A stretch of DNA of 64,000 nt from Candidatus Onthomorpha sp. (GCA_045614605.1 JAZLDH010000018.1:67258-131257); one strand, 5' to 3'. Numbered from the stretch's first letter, positions 37,732 through 48,992 are shown. Made by a program: numbers and translations. Notes: generated by a model not told the origin, from the sequence alone.

Positions 37732-38820
37732 ATGATAAATAAGGATAACTATTGTATTATAATGGCGGGCGGAATTGGAAGCCGCTTTTGGCCACTCAGT
37801 AGAACGAAAAAACCAAAACAATTTATAGATATATTGGGAGTAGGTGAAACTCTCCTTCAAATGACTTTTAAAAGATTTGAATCTATCTGCCCAATCGAAA
37901 ATATATATATTGTAACAAGCAGATTGTATAGGGATTTGGTTTTGGAACAACTGCCAATGATTAATCCAGAGTGTATAATTACTGAGCCAATTAGAAGAAA
38001 TACTGCTCCATGTATTGCATACGCTAATGCAAAGATTAAAAAGAAAAATCCAAATGCAAAGGTGGTTGTTGCTCCAAGTGATCATTTGATTTTGGATCAG
38101 AAGGAATTTATAAAAAAGATTGAACTTGGATTTTCTATTGTTGAAAACAATGATGTTTTGATAACACTTGGAATTGAGCCTACTTATCCTAATACAGGAT
38201 TTGGTTATATTCAATATAATGATGATGATACTCTTTCTTCTGAGGTAAAGAAAGTGAAACTTTTCACTGAGAAACCTGAGTATGAAATGGCTCTTCAATT
38301 TATAAAGAGTGGTGATTTCTTGTGGAATGCAGGGATTTTCATTTGGTCTTTGAAGAGTATAGAAAATGCAATGAGTGAATTTTTACCAGAAATACACGAT
38401 TTGTTTGATCAAGGTAGAGATTTCTATGATTCGGAAGAGGAAAATGATTTTATAGATGTAACTTATTCGGCTTGTCCTTCGATTTCTATTGATTATGGTG
38501 TGATGGAAAAAGCCTCAAATGTGTATGTGATTCCTTCTTCTTTTGGTTGGAGTGATATTGGTACTTGGAATGCTTTGTATGAGCAAAGAGAAAAAGATGA
38601 AAATGCTAATTCTGCTTTGGGAAAGAATGTGATGACATACGAGGTTAGCAATTGTTTGATTAATACTCCAAAGGATAAGTTGGTTATCTTACAGGGTTTG
38701 GAAGATTATATCGTAGTTGATTCTGACAATATATTGATGATTTGTAAGAAAAGCGAAGAACAGCGAATTAAACAATTCGTAACAGATGTTGAAGTAGAAA
38801 AAGGAAATGATTATTTATAA
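37732..38820 (+). CDS. manC: Mannose-1-phosphate guanylyltransferase (nucleotidyltransferase family)
   Basis: [16 protein letters not shown]-terminal motif. 362 aa. A TAacTTTG box lies upstream at about 37695. Confidence 0.85.
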   Translation: MINKDNYCIIMAGGIGSRFWPLSRTKKPKQFIDILGVGETLLQMTFKRFESICPIENIYIVTSRLYRDLVLEQLPMINPECIITEPIRRNTAPCIAYANAKIKKKNPNAKVVVAPSDHLILDQKEFIKKIELGFSIVENNDVLITLGIEPTYPNTGFGYIQYNDDDTLSSEVKKVKLFTEKPEYEMALQFIKSGDFLWNAGIFIWSLKSIENAMSEFLPEIHDLFDQGRDFYDSEEENDFIDVTYSACPSISIDYGVMEKASNVYVIPSSFGWSDIGTWNALYEQREKDENANSALGKNVMTYEVSNCLINTPKDKLVILQGLEDYIVVDSDNILMICKKSEEQRIKQFVTDVEVEKGNDYL

Positions 38821-38837
38821 AAAAACAAATATATAAT

Positions 38838-40241
38838 ATGGAAAACATTAAGAGAATAGAGATAGTAGATTTGTTTAAAGACACAATAAAAGAGACAATA
38901 GGTCAAGAAATTTGTGTAAAAGGGTGGGTGAGAACAAAAAGAGGTAATAAAAGTGTTGCATTCATTGCTTTGAATGACGGTTCTACAATAAAAAATATTC
39001 AAATTGTAGCAGATGTTGAAAAATTCTCAGAAGATACTTTGAAAAGAATAACAACAGGAGCTTGTTTGAAAGTAAACGGAAAGTTAGTTGAGTCTATGGG
39101 AAAAGGACAAAGCGTAGAAATTCAAGCAAGTGAAATAGAAATTTACGGAGAGGCAGATGTAGAAACTTATCCTTTACAAAAGAAAGGTCATACCTTAGAG
39201 TTCCTTAGAGAAATAGCTCATTTGCGTCCAAGAACCAATACTTTTTCTGCTGTTTTCAGAGTAAGACACGCTATGGCGTATGCAATTCACAAATATTTTA
39301 ACGATAGAGGATTCTTTTATTGGCATTCTCCTCTTATAACTGCGAGCGACTGCGAAGGGGCAGGGGAAATGTTCCAAGTAACTACATTAGATCTTGATAA
39401 TCTTCCAAGAGTTGATGGTAAAATTGACTATTCTCAAGATTTTTATGGCAGACATACATCTTTAACTGTAAGTGGACAATTAGAAGGTGAATTAGGTGCG
39501 ATGAGTTTAGGTAAGATTTATACTTTTGGACCTACATTCCGTGCTGAAAATTCAAACACTCCACGTCACCTTTCTGAGTTTTGGATGATAGAACCTGAAA
39601 TGGCGTTCTATGAAATCGAAGATAATATGGATTTAGCTGAAGATTTCATAAAATATCTTGTGAAATACGCCTTAGAAAACTGTCAAGATGATTTGGAATT
39701 CTTGCAATCAATGTACGATAAAGAATTAATTGAAAGATTGAACTTTGTTGTAAACAATCAATTTGTAAGACTTACTTATACAGAAGCGATAGAAATTCTT
39801 TCAAATGCAAAACAAAAATTTGAATTCCCAATACATTGGGGAGTAGATTTGCAAAGCGAACACGAAAGATACCTTGTTGAAAAACATTTCAAATCACCTG
39901 TTATCTTAACTGACTATCCTAAGGAAATAAAAGCCTTTTATATGAAACAAAACGAAGATGGCAAAACAGTAAGAGGCATGGACGTTTTATTCCCTCTAAT
40001 AGGTGAAATCATAGGAGGCTCACAAAGAGAAGAAAATATGGATAAACTTCTTGCAAGAATGGCAGAAGTTGGAATAGAAGCAAAAGATATGGATTGGTAT
40101 CTTGACACTAGAAGATTTGGCTCAGCTCCACACTCAGGATTTGGCTTAGGTTTTGAACGCTTACTTCTATTTGTAACAGGAATGAGCAACATCAGAGATG
40201 TTATACCTTTCCCACGTTATCCAAAGAACGCAAACTATTAA
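38838..40241 (+). CDS. asnS: Asparagine--tRNA ligase
   Basis: 467 aa. Class II motifs [21 protein letters not shown] and GFGLGFERL. Confidence 0.96.
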   Translation: MENIKRIEIVDLFKDTIKETIGQEICVKGWVRTKRGNKSVAFIALNDGSTIKNIQIVADVEKFSEDTLKRITTGACLKVNGKLVESMGKGQSVEIQASEIEIYGEADVETYPLQKKGHTLEFLREIAHLRPRTNTFSAVFRVRHAMAYAIHKYFNDRGFFYWHSPLITASDCEGAGEMFQVTTLDLDNLPRVDGKIDYSQDFYGRHTSLTVSGQLEGELGAMSLGKIYTFGPTFRAENSNTPRHLSEFWMIEPEMAFYEIEDNMDLAEDFIKYLVKYALENCQDDLEFLQSMYDKELIERLNFVVNNQFVRLTYTEAIEILSNAKQKFEFPIHWGVDLQSEHERYLVEKHFKSPVILTDYPKEIKAFYMKQNEDGKTVRGMDVLFPLIGEIIGGSQREENMDKLLARMAEVGIEAKDMDWYLDTRRFGSAPHSGFGLGFERLLLFVTGMSNIRDVIPFPRYPKNANY

Positions 40242-40248
40242 TTTTCAA

Positions 40249-41610
40249 GTGGCAAAATCCCAAACAGCCTTAAAACAAATACAACGACAAGCACTTTCCC
40301 CACTACAAAAACTTAGTGGGGAATTGTTGGAGTTGGCTTCCGAGGATTTGGACAAAAGAATAGAAAAAGAAAAAGAAGACAACCCTTATCTTGAAGAAGA
40401 AAACGATTACTCAAATCATTGGTTTTCTTCCTCAAACGAAAATATCCACATCACAAACAATAATTACAAAGACCAAATCAGCCTAAACACAGCCTCAACC
40501 GAGACTTTATCAGAAGATTTGATAAATCAACTTCGTTTAAGCAATATAAACGAAGAAGAATATCAAATAGGAGAAATCCTTATAGGCAATTTGGACGAAA
40601 GAGGCTACTTTACAAGAAGTCTAACCGCAGTAGCAGATGATATTTACTTTGATACCTATCAAGAAATTGAGGTTTCCCTTATAGAAAAAGTGTTAAAAGT
40701 AATCCAAGGCTTTGAACCCGCAGGAATAGGAGCAAGAAATCATCAAGAATGTCTTTATTTACAATTAAAAAGACTTGATAATAAACAGCCAATAGTTGAG
40801 ATTTCCAAAAAAATAATATTGGAATATTGGGACGAATTTTGCAATAAAAATCTAAAAACCTTGCAAACAAAACTCTCTTGCAAAGAAGAAGAGTTGGAAA
40901 AAGCCTTTAAACTAATACAAAGCCTTAATCTATCACCAGGATATATAGAGTCGCAAAACGAAAAAGAACAATACATAACACCAGATGTAACAATTTGGAA
41001 TGATAATGGCAAAATCAAATACCGACTCACAAAAATTTCTAACAGAAGACTACAAATAAGCAAAGAAGGACAAAAACTGCTACAAGAATTAGAAGAAAAA
41101 AAACAATCGGACAAAGAAACGATAAAATTTCTCAAAGAAAAAATTTCCTCAGCCAAGCTTTTCATAGACGCATACAACAATAGAATGCAAACTTTCGACA
41201 CATTCGTAAAAGAAATCATATCTTTCCAAGAAGAATACTTTCAAGAGGGTGATGTAATGTTGTTAAAACCTATGAAATATGAAGACATAAAACTACGAAC
41301 AGGCTTTTCCGAATCAACACTTTCGCGTTTGGCTAACGATAAGTATATGCAGACACATTTTGGTAACTTTAAAATAAGGAAACTCTTTACAAAATCAATA
41401 GAAAACCAAGCAGGAGAACACATATCCTCAGACTCAATACGCAATATCATAACAGAATTAATAAACAATGAAGACTCCCTTTTACCACTCACAGACCAAG
41501 AAATACAAAACAAACTAAACGAACAAGGAATCACGCTATCAAGACGTACAATCACAAAATACCGACAACAAATCGGTTTAAAATCAGCAGGAAAGCGAAA
41601 AATAAAATAA
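40249..41610 (+). CDS. rpoN: RNA polymerase sigma-54 factor
   Basis: N-terminal LKQIQRQALSPLQ glutamine-rich region. An RpoN box SRRTITKYRQQ at the C-terminus. GTG 40249 (just after the asnS stop) is preferred to the overlapping track start at 40198. Confidence 0.88.
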   Translation: MAKSQTALKQIQRQALSPLQKLSGELLELASEDLDKRIEKEKEDNPYLEEENDYSNHWFSSSNENIHITNNNYKDQISLNTASTETLSEDLINQLRLSNINEEEYQIGEILIGNLDERGYFTRSLTAVADDIYFDTYQEIEVSLIEKVLKVIQGFEPAGIGARNHQECLYLQLKRLDNKQPIVEISKKIILEYWDEFCNKNLKTLQTKLSCKEEELEKAFKLIQSLNLSPGYIESQNEKEQYITPDVTIWNDNGKIKYRLTKISNRRLQISKEGQKLLQELEEKKQSDKETIKFLKEKISSAKLFIDAYNNRMQTFDTFVKEIISFQEEYFQEGDVMLLKPMKYEDIKLRTGFSESTLSRLANDKYMQTHFGNFKIRKLFTKSIENQAGEHISSDSIRNIITELINNEDSLLPLTDQEIQNKLNEQGITLSRRTITKYRQQIGLKSAGKRKIK

Positions 41611-42738
41611 ATGAACATACAAAAAATAATATTATATCTAACATTACTTTTAGTAAGTGTATTTTCTTTTGCTCAAAACAATGAGAAAAAAGAAAAATCT
41701 GCTGCTAGACGCTTTGCAGACTCGCTTTACTATATACATACCATAAAACCACAAAAACAACAAGAGAAAAAACAAGAATTAGAAGGTAAAATAGATTTAA
41801 CCAAAACGCAAGAGGCTAAAACAAATATAAAGCCTAACTTTATAACAAACGATTCCAAAATACCATCTTCCACATTATACGAAAGCACATGGTACACCGA
41901 AAGGGTGAAAGTCCCAAATTTCTCTATCAAAAACGTACCCGATGAAGTAGTTTTAAGACTTATCAATCCAGATAAAGGACAAAACTTTTGTTTTCCTATA
42001 AAAAAACGCAAATCTTCCTCATACGGTTGGCGATGGGGCAGACCCCATTCAGGAATTGACATAGCCCTCAATGTAGGAGACTCAATTCATGCAGCCTTTG
42101 ACGGAGTTGTAAGATTAGCAAAATACAATGGCGGATACGGAAACTGCATTGTCATACGCCATTACAACAATCTTGAAACCCTTTACGGACACCTTTCAAA
42201 AATCAACGTAAAAGTAGGACAAGAAGTAAAAGCGGGAGATGTGATTGGCCTTGGTGGAAACACAGGACGCTCAACTGGTCCACACCTTCACTTTGAATGT
42301 AGATTAATGTACGCATGTTTTGACCCAGAATGGATATTTGATTTAGAAACCTACAACATCAAGACCTCATTTCTAAGAATAGACAAAACATACTTTGGAG
42401 TAGAATCCTCAGAACAAAAAGCCAACAAAAAAACTCAAAAAAGTAAACTCTCAAAAGTTAATGTTTACTTTGAAGATAAGCCATACATAAAACCTGCAAC
42501 CATAATTGCAAAAGAAATGGCAAGGATAAAAAAAGGCGAAATACCACAATACAACGTAAGAACATCAAAATCCAATCAATCAAACAGAGCAGGACAACAA
42601 TTTATAGTGGCAAAGAAAGGCGAAAAACTAAAAGACATAGCCAGACGCTTTAAAGTGTCGTTTGAAGAATTGAAAAAAATGAATCCAACTATAAAAACAA
42701 ACGTATTACAAGAAGAAACCAAAATAAGAATAAAATAA
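41611..42738 (+). CDS. M23 family metallopeptidase with C-terminal LysM domain
   Basis: Signal peptide. HSGIDIA and GNTGRSTGPHLHFE motifs. LysM-like FIVAKKGEKLKDIARRFKVSFEELKKMN. Confidence 0.88.
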   Translation: MNIQKIILYLTLLLVSVFSFAQNNEKKEKSAARRFADSLYYIHTIKPQKQQEKKQELEGKIDLTKTQEAKTNIKPNFITNDSKIPSSTLYESTWYTERVKVPNFSIKNVPDEVVLRLINPDKGQNFCFPIKKRKSSSYGWRWGRPHSGIDIALNVGDSIHAAFDGVVRLAKYNGGYGNCIVIRHYNNLETLYGHLSKINVKVGQEVKAGDVIGLGGNTGRSTGPHLHFECRLMYACFDPEWIFDLETYNIKTSFLRIDKTYFGVESSEQKANKKTQKSKLSKVNVYFEDKPYIKPATIIAKEMARIKKGEIPQYNVRTSKSNQSNRAGQQFIVAKKGEKLKDIARRFKVSFEELKKMNPTIKTNVLQEETKIRIK

Positions 42739-42741
42739 ATT

Positions 42742-43221
42742 ATGTCATCACAACTTAAAAATCTTTCGTCATACAACCAAGACGAAGTGCCCTCGGGCGA
42801 AAAGGAAATATTCGGAATCGTAGTTTCTGAATGGAACAATCAAATTACAGATAGTTTATTAGAAGGAGCAGTAAGCACACTTTTAAAGTATGAAGTAGAT
42901 GAAAAAGACATCGACATCATACACGTTCCAGGAAGTTTTGAACTACCATTTGGAGCAGCAAAACTATTAGAAAAAAACAGAAGATTTAGTGCTATCATTT
43001 GTTTAGGCTGTGTTATTCAAGGCGAAACACGTCATTTCGATTTTATTTGCGATGCAGTAGCAAACGGAATCATGCAATTAGGACTTAAACAAGAAGTTCC
43101 AATCATCTTTGGCGTACTTACAACAAACGATATGCAACAAGCCATTGACCGTAGCGGAGGAAAACACGGTAACAAAGGAGTTGAAGCCGCTATCACAGCG
43201 TTAAAAATGGCTGCATTATGA
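42742..43221 (+). CDS. ribH: 6,7-dimethyl-8-ribityllumazine synthase
   Basis: 159 aa. VPGSFELP and GETRHFDFI motifs. Confidence 0.95.
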   Translation: MSSQLKNLSSYNQDEVPSGEKEIFGIVVSEWNNQITDSLLEGAVSTLLKYEVDEKDIDIIHVPGSFELPFGAAKLLEKNRRFSAIICLGCVIQGETRHFDFICDAVANGIMQLGLKQEVPIIFGVLTTNDMQQAIDRSGGKHGNKGVEAAITALKMAAL

Positions 43222-44183
43222 AAAACAAAAAGATAATCTTTTACGGAACACCAGAAATTGCAGCATATCAATTAGAGAAGTTGCATAAAAATAATTATAA
43301 CATAGTTGCGGTAGTTACACAGCCCGACAAACCATCGGGAAGAGGACAGAAAATTAATTATTCTGCCGTAAAACAATACGCAATAGATAATAACTTGCCG
43401 TTATTTCAACCTGTAAAGTTAAATCAACAAGACTTCATAGACCAAATCACAGCTTTGCAACCCGATATACAAGTTGTGTTGGCCTTTCGTATGATACCAA
43501 AAAGCATATACAGCCTTGCAAAATACGGAACCTTTAATCTTCACACCTCACTCTTGCCACAATATCGCGGAGCCGCTCCAATCAATTGGGCAATCATAAA
43601 CGGAGAAGAGCAAACAGGTATGACAACCTTTCTTCTTAATGACAAAACAGATGAGGGAGAGATAATTTTGCAACAAACCATAGCAATCAATCCAGAAACC
43701 ACAGCAGGAGATTTGCATGATGAAATGATGTTCACAGCCTTTGACTTAATTGAAAAAACAATTGAAAGACTGCTAAGTCCAAATCTGCAAACCACCCCTC
43801 AAATTCAAAGTGAAAACCTTAAACCAGCACCAAAAATTTTCAAAGAAACAACAATTATAAATTGGAATGAAAAAGGTGAAAAAATTATCAATCTAATCAG
43901 AGGAATGAGTCCATATCCTGCTGCAACAACACAGTTTATAGACAAAGTAGATGAAAAGATTTATCAATTTAAGGTCTTTAAAGCGAAATTTATTCCAAAG
44001 AATACAGAAGCAAATACTTGTGGGCAGTTTAAAATCCAAGACAAAGAAACAATAATTGTTAGCTGTCAAGATGGATATATTCAATTGCTTGATTTGCAAC
44101 TAAGTGGAAAAAAACGAATGCCTGCAAAAGAATTAATCAAAGGATTGAAATTGCAATCAGAAGTCTTAGAAAACGTAAAATAA
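43218..44183 (+). CDS. fmt: Methionyl-tRNA formyltransferase
   Basis: IIFYGTPE..., NLHTSLLPQYRGAAPINWAI. 321 aa. 4-nt overlap with ribH. Confidence 0.95.
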   Translation: MKNKKIIFYGTPEIAAYQLEKLHKNNYNIVAVVTQPDKPSGRGQKINYSAVKQYAIDNNLPLFQPVKLNQQDFIDQITALQPDIQVVLAFRMIPKSIYSLAKYGTFNLHTSLLPQYRGAAPINWAIINGEEQTGMTTFLLNDKTDEGEIILQQTIAINPETTAGDLHDEMMFTAFDLIEKTIERLLSPNLQTTPQIQSENLKPAPKIFKETTIINWNEKGEKIINLIRGMSPYPAATTQFIDKVDEKIYQFKVFKAKFIPKNTEANTCGQFKIQDKETIIVSCQDGYIQLLDLQLSGKKRMPAKELIKGLKLQSEVLENVK

Positions 44184-44240
44184 TCCTAAGGAAAAATTGA
44201 ATAATCCTAAGAAAAATAAATTTTTTTCTTAGGATTATTT
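44181..44240. repeat. CCTAAG-word repeat forming an A/T-extended hairpin (terminator-like)
   Basis: AATCCTAAGGAAAAATTGAAT, then AATCCTAAGAAAAATAAATTTTTTTCTTAGGATT (a stem of about 14 bp). Confidence 0.7.
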
Positions 44241-44307
44241 TGTAGATATTAAAAAAACAATTACATTTGCAACGATATAAATAAAACAAATTAAAAACCA
44301 AATAGAT

Positions 44308-44577
44308 ATGACAAAAAAAGAATTTACAGACAAAATGGCTGAAAGAGCTGGAATGTCAAAAATAGATGCACAAAAAGCGTATGAAGCATTTTTAGGCGTA
44401 ACAAAAGAATATTTACAAGCAGGAGAAAAAGTATCATTCTTAGGATTTGGAGCATTTTCAGTACAAGAAAAAGCAGAAAGAACAGCAAAAAATCCTCGTA
44501 CAGGAGAAATAGTAAAAGTTCCTGCAAAGAAAGTTGTAAAATTCAAAGCAGGTTCTGAATTATCTTCAAACTTATAA
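44308..44577 (+). CDS. hup: HU family DNA-binding protein
   Basis: 89 aa. GFGAFSVQEKAERTAKNPRTGEIVKVPAKKVVKFKAG. A TAcaTTTG promoter box lies upstream. Confidence 0.95.
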   Translation: MTKKEFTDKMAERAGMSKIDAQKAYEAFLGVTKEYLQAGEKVSFLGFGAFSVQEKAERTAKNPRTGEIVKVPAKKVVKFKAGSELSSNL

Positions 44578-44606
44578 TAATAAGGCTTAATAATAAAATG
44601 CGAAAT

Positions 44607-44640
44607 AAAAGGACTACAACACACAAGTAGTCCTTTTTTA
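44607..44640 (+). terminator. Rho-independent terminator
   Basis: AAAAGGACTAC (44607-44617) / GTAGTCCTTTT (44627-44637), followed by a T-run. Confidence 0.75.
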
Positions 44641-44649
44641 CGTTAAAGA

Positions 44650-45246
44650 ATGTATTCAGTCGGATTAACAAGCGGAATAGGTTGCGGAAAGACGCTGATT
44701 TCAAATGTATTCAAATCATTTGGAATACCAGTCTTTAACTCTGATTTGCAAGCCAAAGAACTCTACAAAGAAAAAGAGTTTTTGCAAGAAATAATCCAAA
44801 CCTTTGGAAACACCATCATAGAAAACGGAGAATTTCGTGCTCAAAAACTTGCCGATATAGTCTTTAACGATAGCCAAGCACTTGAAAAACTAAACCAACT
44901 CATTCACCCAAAAGTATTAGACAAATACAAAAAATGGCAAAGCCAACAAACCACTCCCTATACCATATTAGAATCAGCCATAATCTTTGAAACCTCATGG
45001 CAAAAACACTTTGACAAAATCATAAACATAGAAACACCGATAGAAATTGCAATAGAAAGAGTAAAACTTCGCGATAAAATTTCCAAAGAGCAAGTCTTAC
45101 AACGCATAAACAATCAAATGAACCCAGAAACCAAAAAACAACTATCGGATTACAACATTTATCATGACAATAAGACGATGCTATTACCACAAATAATAGC
45201 AATTCACGAAGATATTTTAAAACAAATCAAAAACAACGCACAATGA
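44650..45246 (+). CDS. coaE: Dephospho-CoA kinase
   Basis: GLTSGIGCGKT P-loop at the N-terminus. 198 aa. Confidence 0.92.
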   Translation: MYSVGLTSGIGCGKTLISNVFKSFGIPVFNSDLQAKELYKEKEFLQEIIQTFGNTIIENGEFRAQKLADIVFNDSQALEKLNQLIHPKVLDKYKKWQSQQTTPYTILESAIIFETSWQKHFDKIINIETPIEIAIERVKLRDKISKEQVLQRINNQMNPETKKQLSDYNIYHDNKTMLLPQIIAIHEDILKQIKNNAQ

Positions 45247-46895
45247 AAAAAACAATTTTTGCAATTATTTCACTCATTATGAGTTTTAGTGCTTTTTCTC
45301 AATTAAGCACTAATGAAAATCCTTACACTTACAAATTAGAAGGATTTGATTATCAAAATATAACAACGTTAAAAATTGACAAACCCGACTTAACAGAAGT
45401 TATAGCAGAGGATTTAGAAAATGATTTAGAGAATAAGATGATGCGCTTTGGAGTTATAATGCCTATTTACAAAGACTTCTTTGAATTAGCCGATAAAAAA
45501 CAAACCGCAGACGCTACCGTGTGGACGCTAAGCGTAGAAAGCCAAGACGCACAAGCCTTAATCTTTTACTCAGACAACTTCCAACTACCACGCACAGGTA
45601 AATTCTTTGTCTATAACCCAGAGAGAACAAAAGTTTTAGGAGCTTTCACACACAGAAACAACAACGAATTTAACACATTCGCAACAGAATACATAGAAGG
45701 CGATAAAATAATTCTTGAATACTATCAACCAAACACAGAAATCCAACAACCACAAATAGAACTTACAGAAATAGGTTACGCATATCGTGGCATAACAAAA
45801 CTATCTGACGAATATCGTTCCTCAGGCGACTGTAATGTAAACGTAAACTGTTCAGAAGGAGATAATTTCCGTAACCAACAAAGAGGAGTATGTAGAATAC
45901 AAGTAAGAATGAGCAGTTATTACATAGGTTGGTGTACAGGAACATTGGTAAACAACACAAATTATGACTTTGCACCATACGTTTTAAGTGCAGCACACTG
46001 CATTGAAGACGTTGCTTCAAACAGTTATTACAGCCAATTTGTATTTTATTTTAAATATGAAAACAGTGGTTGTAGCACAGCAGGAGTAGAACCAAGCCGT
46101 TCTAAATCTTTGACAGGAACAAGCGTAAAAGCATACGACAATACTTATGCTTCAAATGGTTCAGACTTTGCATTGTTCTTATTAAACGATGACATACCAC
46201 AAACATACGACCCATACTGGTGCGGATGGGATAGAAGAAATACAGCAGTCAATAGCGGCGTTGGCATACACCACCCAAGCGGAGACGTTAAAAAGATTTC
46301 CACATTCACCTCTCGCATACAAAGTTCATCATACGGTTCAAACTCAGCCACACACTGGTATGTAGATTGGGTAGAGACTGAAAACGGTTGGGGAATTATG
46401 GAAGGCGGTTCTTCTGGCTCAGCATTATTTAACGAAAACGGACAAATCATAGGCACACTTACAGGAGGAGCATCAGGTTGTGATGTATCTGCAAGTTACA
46501 AATATGACTTATACGGAAAAATGTCGTATCACTGGGAATCAAACGGCAATGCAAATGCAAGAAAACTAAAACCATGGTTAGACCCAGCAGAAACAGGAAC
46601 TAATAACGTATATGGAATGGATTATGAATCAGGATTATCAGATGTAAACGCAGAAAACAATTCAGTAAAACTATATCCAAATCCTACAAAAGACGTAATA
46701 AATATCGCAATCACAGAACCAACAAGCTCAACTATAATAAAAATCTATGACCAAGCAGGAAGAGTGATAGAAGAACACGCAACAACAAACAAAAACCAAC
46801 AATTGAGCTTAAAACACTTAACAAAAGGAGTTTATACCATTAAAGTAATAACAGATAACGCAATACAAACACAACAAGTCATATTATGCGAATAA
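45243..46895 (+). CDS. Secreted trypsin-like (S1 family) serine endopeptidase with T9SS type A C-terminal sorting domain
   Basis: Signal peptide. LSAAHC (His) and GGSSGSALF (Ser). The C-terminus is KLYPNPTKDVINI...GVYTIKV. Confidence 0.82.
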   Translation: MKKTIFAIISLIMSFSAFSQLSTNENPYTYKLEGFDYQNITTLKIDKPDLTEVIAEDLENDLENKMMRFGVIMPIYKDFFELADKKQTADATVWTLSVESQDAQALIFYSDNFQLPRTGKFFVYNPERTKVLGAFTHRNNNEFNTFATEYIEGDKIILEYYQPNTEIQQPQIELTEIGYAYRGITKLSDEYRSSGDCNVNVNCSEGDNFRNQQRGVCRIQVRMSSYYIGWCTGTLVNNTNYDFAPYVLSAAHCIEDVASNSYYSQFVFYFKYENSGCSTAGVEPSRSKSLTGTSVKAYDNTYASNGSDFALFLLNDDIPQTYDPYWCGWDRRNTAVNSGVGIHHPSGDVKKISTFTSRIQSSSYGSNSATHWYVDWVETENGWGIMEGGSSGSALFNENGQIIGTLTGGASGCDVSASYKYDLYGKMSYHWESNGNANARKLKPWLDPAETGTNNVYGMDYESGLSDVNAENNSVKLYPNPTKDVINIAITEPTSSTIIKIYDQAGRVIEEHATTNKNQQLSLKHLTKGVYTIKVITDNAIQTQQVILCE

Positions 46896-47071
46896 GAATA
46901 ACAAGTATAGCAATATTATTATTAGCATCAATTCTTTGTCTCTCTTGCTCTACAAGTTCAAGAGGGGCAAAGATGCAAAAGACAAGAAAGAAAAAATGTA
47001 ATTGTCCAACATTTTCTTACCAAAAGCCACAACAACAAAATACCTATTACCTAACTGCACAAAATGTATAA
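46886..47071 (+). CDS. Small putative lipoprotein
   Basis: 61 aa. The lipobox-like ILCLSC follows a hydrophobic signal. Start and stop overlap both neighbouring genes. Confidence 0.4.
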   Translation: MRIRITSIAILLLASILCLSCSTSSRGAKMQKTRKKKCNCPTFSYQKPQQQNTYYLTAQNV

Positions 47072-48201
47072 AAGCATAACTCATTTCAAAGGGTTAAATA
47101 CTTTACGATTTCTTGCAGCCTCTTTGGTGGTGCTTCATCATAGTGCAACTATTGGAAGAAAATATGAATTATTTGACATAGAAAGTTTCAGCTTGTTTAG
47201 AAACGGAGCAAATGCAGTTAGTTTTTTCTTTGTTTTAAGCGGATTTCTTATAACATATCTTCTTTTAAAAGAAAAGAATCAAACAAAAACAATAGCTATA
47301 AAGCAGTTTTATTTAAGGAGAGTAAAGAGAATATGGCCTCTTTACTTTCTTTTAATTTTTATAGGTACGATTTTTCTACCATTTTTCTTTTCCATATTTA
47401 ACATAGAATATGAAATACCTTACACACTCACTCAAACTTGGTACTATTTCTTATTTTTCTTTCCAATACTTGTGCTATTCAATTACGGGAACCATTTTTT
47501 AGAACCCTTATGGTCAATAGGAGTAGAGGAAGTCTTTTACTTAATTTGGGCACCTCTTTTCAAATTTTTCAAAAAGAGCCTTATACCAATCATTTGCATT
47601 ATAGCAATAAAACTATTACTTGCAATCTTTATTCAAATTCAAGGAATAGATATTTCAAATAACGTTTACGCATTTTTAATTCACAATTACAGCTTTGAAA
47701 CAATGGCAATAGGAGCCTTGGGAGCTTATATAATCTTTATTACCCCCCTATAAACGATTGGAAACCAAGATATTATTTAGTAAACCCATAAAATATACTA
47801 TCTATCTTTTAGTAATAATCTACCTTTGTTTTAATATAAATATTGATAACCCTATTTGGAATTTCGTTTTCAAAACACCCGTTCTTTCTCCTTTGATAGT
47901 GTCGTTTCTTTACCTTTATATTATAATTTCTTACCCGCTTTCATTCAAAGAAAAACAAGAAAACAAAGCCCTATTCTTTTTAGGAGAAATCTCATACGGC
48001 ATTTATATGTATCACATGGGCGTAATGTTTGCAGTAGTCTTGGTAATCTCCAAACTAAAAGCCTTTATTCCAAATAGTTTGTTAATAATAACCTTTCTAA
48101 TTTCAGTCTTTTTACTTACAATTGTAATATCCTCTTTATCAAAACGTTACTTTGAGAATTTTTTTCTAAGAAAAAAAGAAAAAAAGCAAAGAAAAATTTG
48201 A
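47064..48201 (+). pseudogene. Acyltransferase family 3 (OafA-like O-acyltransferase) gene split by a +1 frameshift at a C6 tract
   Basis: ORFs 47064-47753 and 47758-48201 together make one 378-codon acyltransferase_3 protein (LRFLAASLVVLHH...FFFVLSGFLI) if the C6 run at 47743-47748 is read as C5. Confidence 0.75.
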
Positions 48202-48245
48202 AAAAAGTAAAGAAAAAATTAAAAAAAGTAAAGAAAAATTTTCTT
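48157..48245. repeat. Tandem A-rich repeat of about 21 bp (AAAAAAGTAAAGAAAAATT) overlapping the 3' end of the acyltransferase ORF
   Basis: CTAAGAAAAAAAGAAAAAAAGCAAAGAAAAATTTGAAAAAAGTAAAGAAAAAATTAAAAAAAGTAAAGAAAAATTTT. The first units encode the tail RKKEKKQRKI. Confidence 0.65.
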
Positions 48246-48317
48246 AATTCTTTGTACTAATAATTGTTGTTATAAATAAAATGATTATTTTTGCATAGAA
48301 CAATATTTTAACCTTTT

Positions 48318-48992
48318 ATGATACAGGAATTAACAATAGAAAATTTAATCAAGAGTGCAAGGGAATTTTGTGAAAAGAAAAGCGGAGTTTTTAGAAAAGA
48401 ACTATTTGGCGTAACAGATGGTAAGGCTGTTGGCACTTTTGTAGAGCATTTATTCAAGAATTTCTTGTCTCAACAATATGATTTAACGATAGGCAACTCT
48501 TCTAATGGATTAGATTTGCCTTATTTGAACACAGATATTAAAGTTACTTCAATAAAACAACCTCAATCAAGTTGTCCTTATAAAGATAGTAAACAAAAAA
48601 TATATGGTTTAGGATATAATTTAATAGTTTTCGTATATAAAAAGGAAGATGACGAAAAAAGAAAAGAGGGAAAATTAGACTTTTTGTCATGTGTTTTTGT
48701 AGAAGCAGGACGAACAGCAGATTATCAAACAACTTCAGGTTTATTAAATATTATCAATAATAATGGAAATGTTGATGATGTATTTGCTTTTTTATCAGAT
48801 CACAAGATTCCTGCCGATGAAGTAACGTTGTATAATATGGCAGAAGAGATTTTAAAAAATCCTCCTTTGATTGGCTATTTGACAATCTCGAATGCGTTGC
48901 AATGGAGATTGCAATATGGAAGAATAGTGTCATTAAATGAAGATGTAGATGGTATTACGACTATTGTAAAGTATGTTATCGAAAACAAATAA
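48318..48992 (+). CDS. Putative type II restriction endonuclease (PD-(D/E)xK, MutH/Sau3AI-like motif layout)
   Basis: 224 aa. GKAVGTFVEH...GLD(66)LPYLNTD(73)IK(75) fits D...(D/E)xK. 20-nt overlap with the methyltransferase gene. Confidence 0.6.
   Translation: MIQELTIENLIKSAREFCEKKSGVFRKELFGVTDGKAVGTFVEHLFKNFLSQQYDLTIGNSSNGLDLPYLNTDIKVTSIKQPQSSCPYKDSKQKIYGLGYNLIVFVYKKEDDEKRKEGKLDFLSCVFVEAGRTADYQTTSGLLNIINNNGNVDDVFAFLSDHKIPADEVTLYNMAEEILKNPPLIGYLTISNALQWRLQYGRIVSLNEDVDGITTIVKYVIENK

Noticed and set aside
37726-38298. 190-aa ORF on the minus strand.
   Set aside because: It is fully antisense to the strongly supported nucleotidyltransferase (manC-like) gene. It has low-complexity I/F/N/S-rich composition typical of shadow ORFs in AT-rich DNA.
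40198-40248. Upstream extension of rpoN (track start 40198, [17 protein letters not shown]).
   Set aside because: It overlaps the last 44 nt of asnS and adds non-conserved residues. GTG 40249, immediately after the asnS stop, yields the expected sigma-54 N-terminus.
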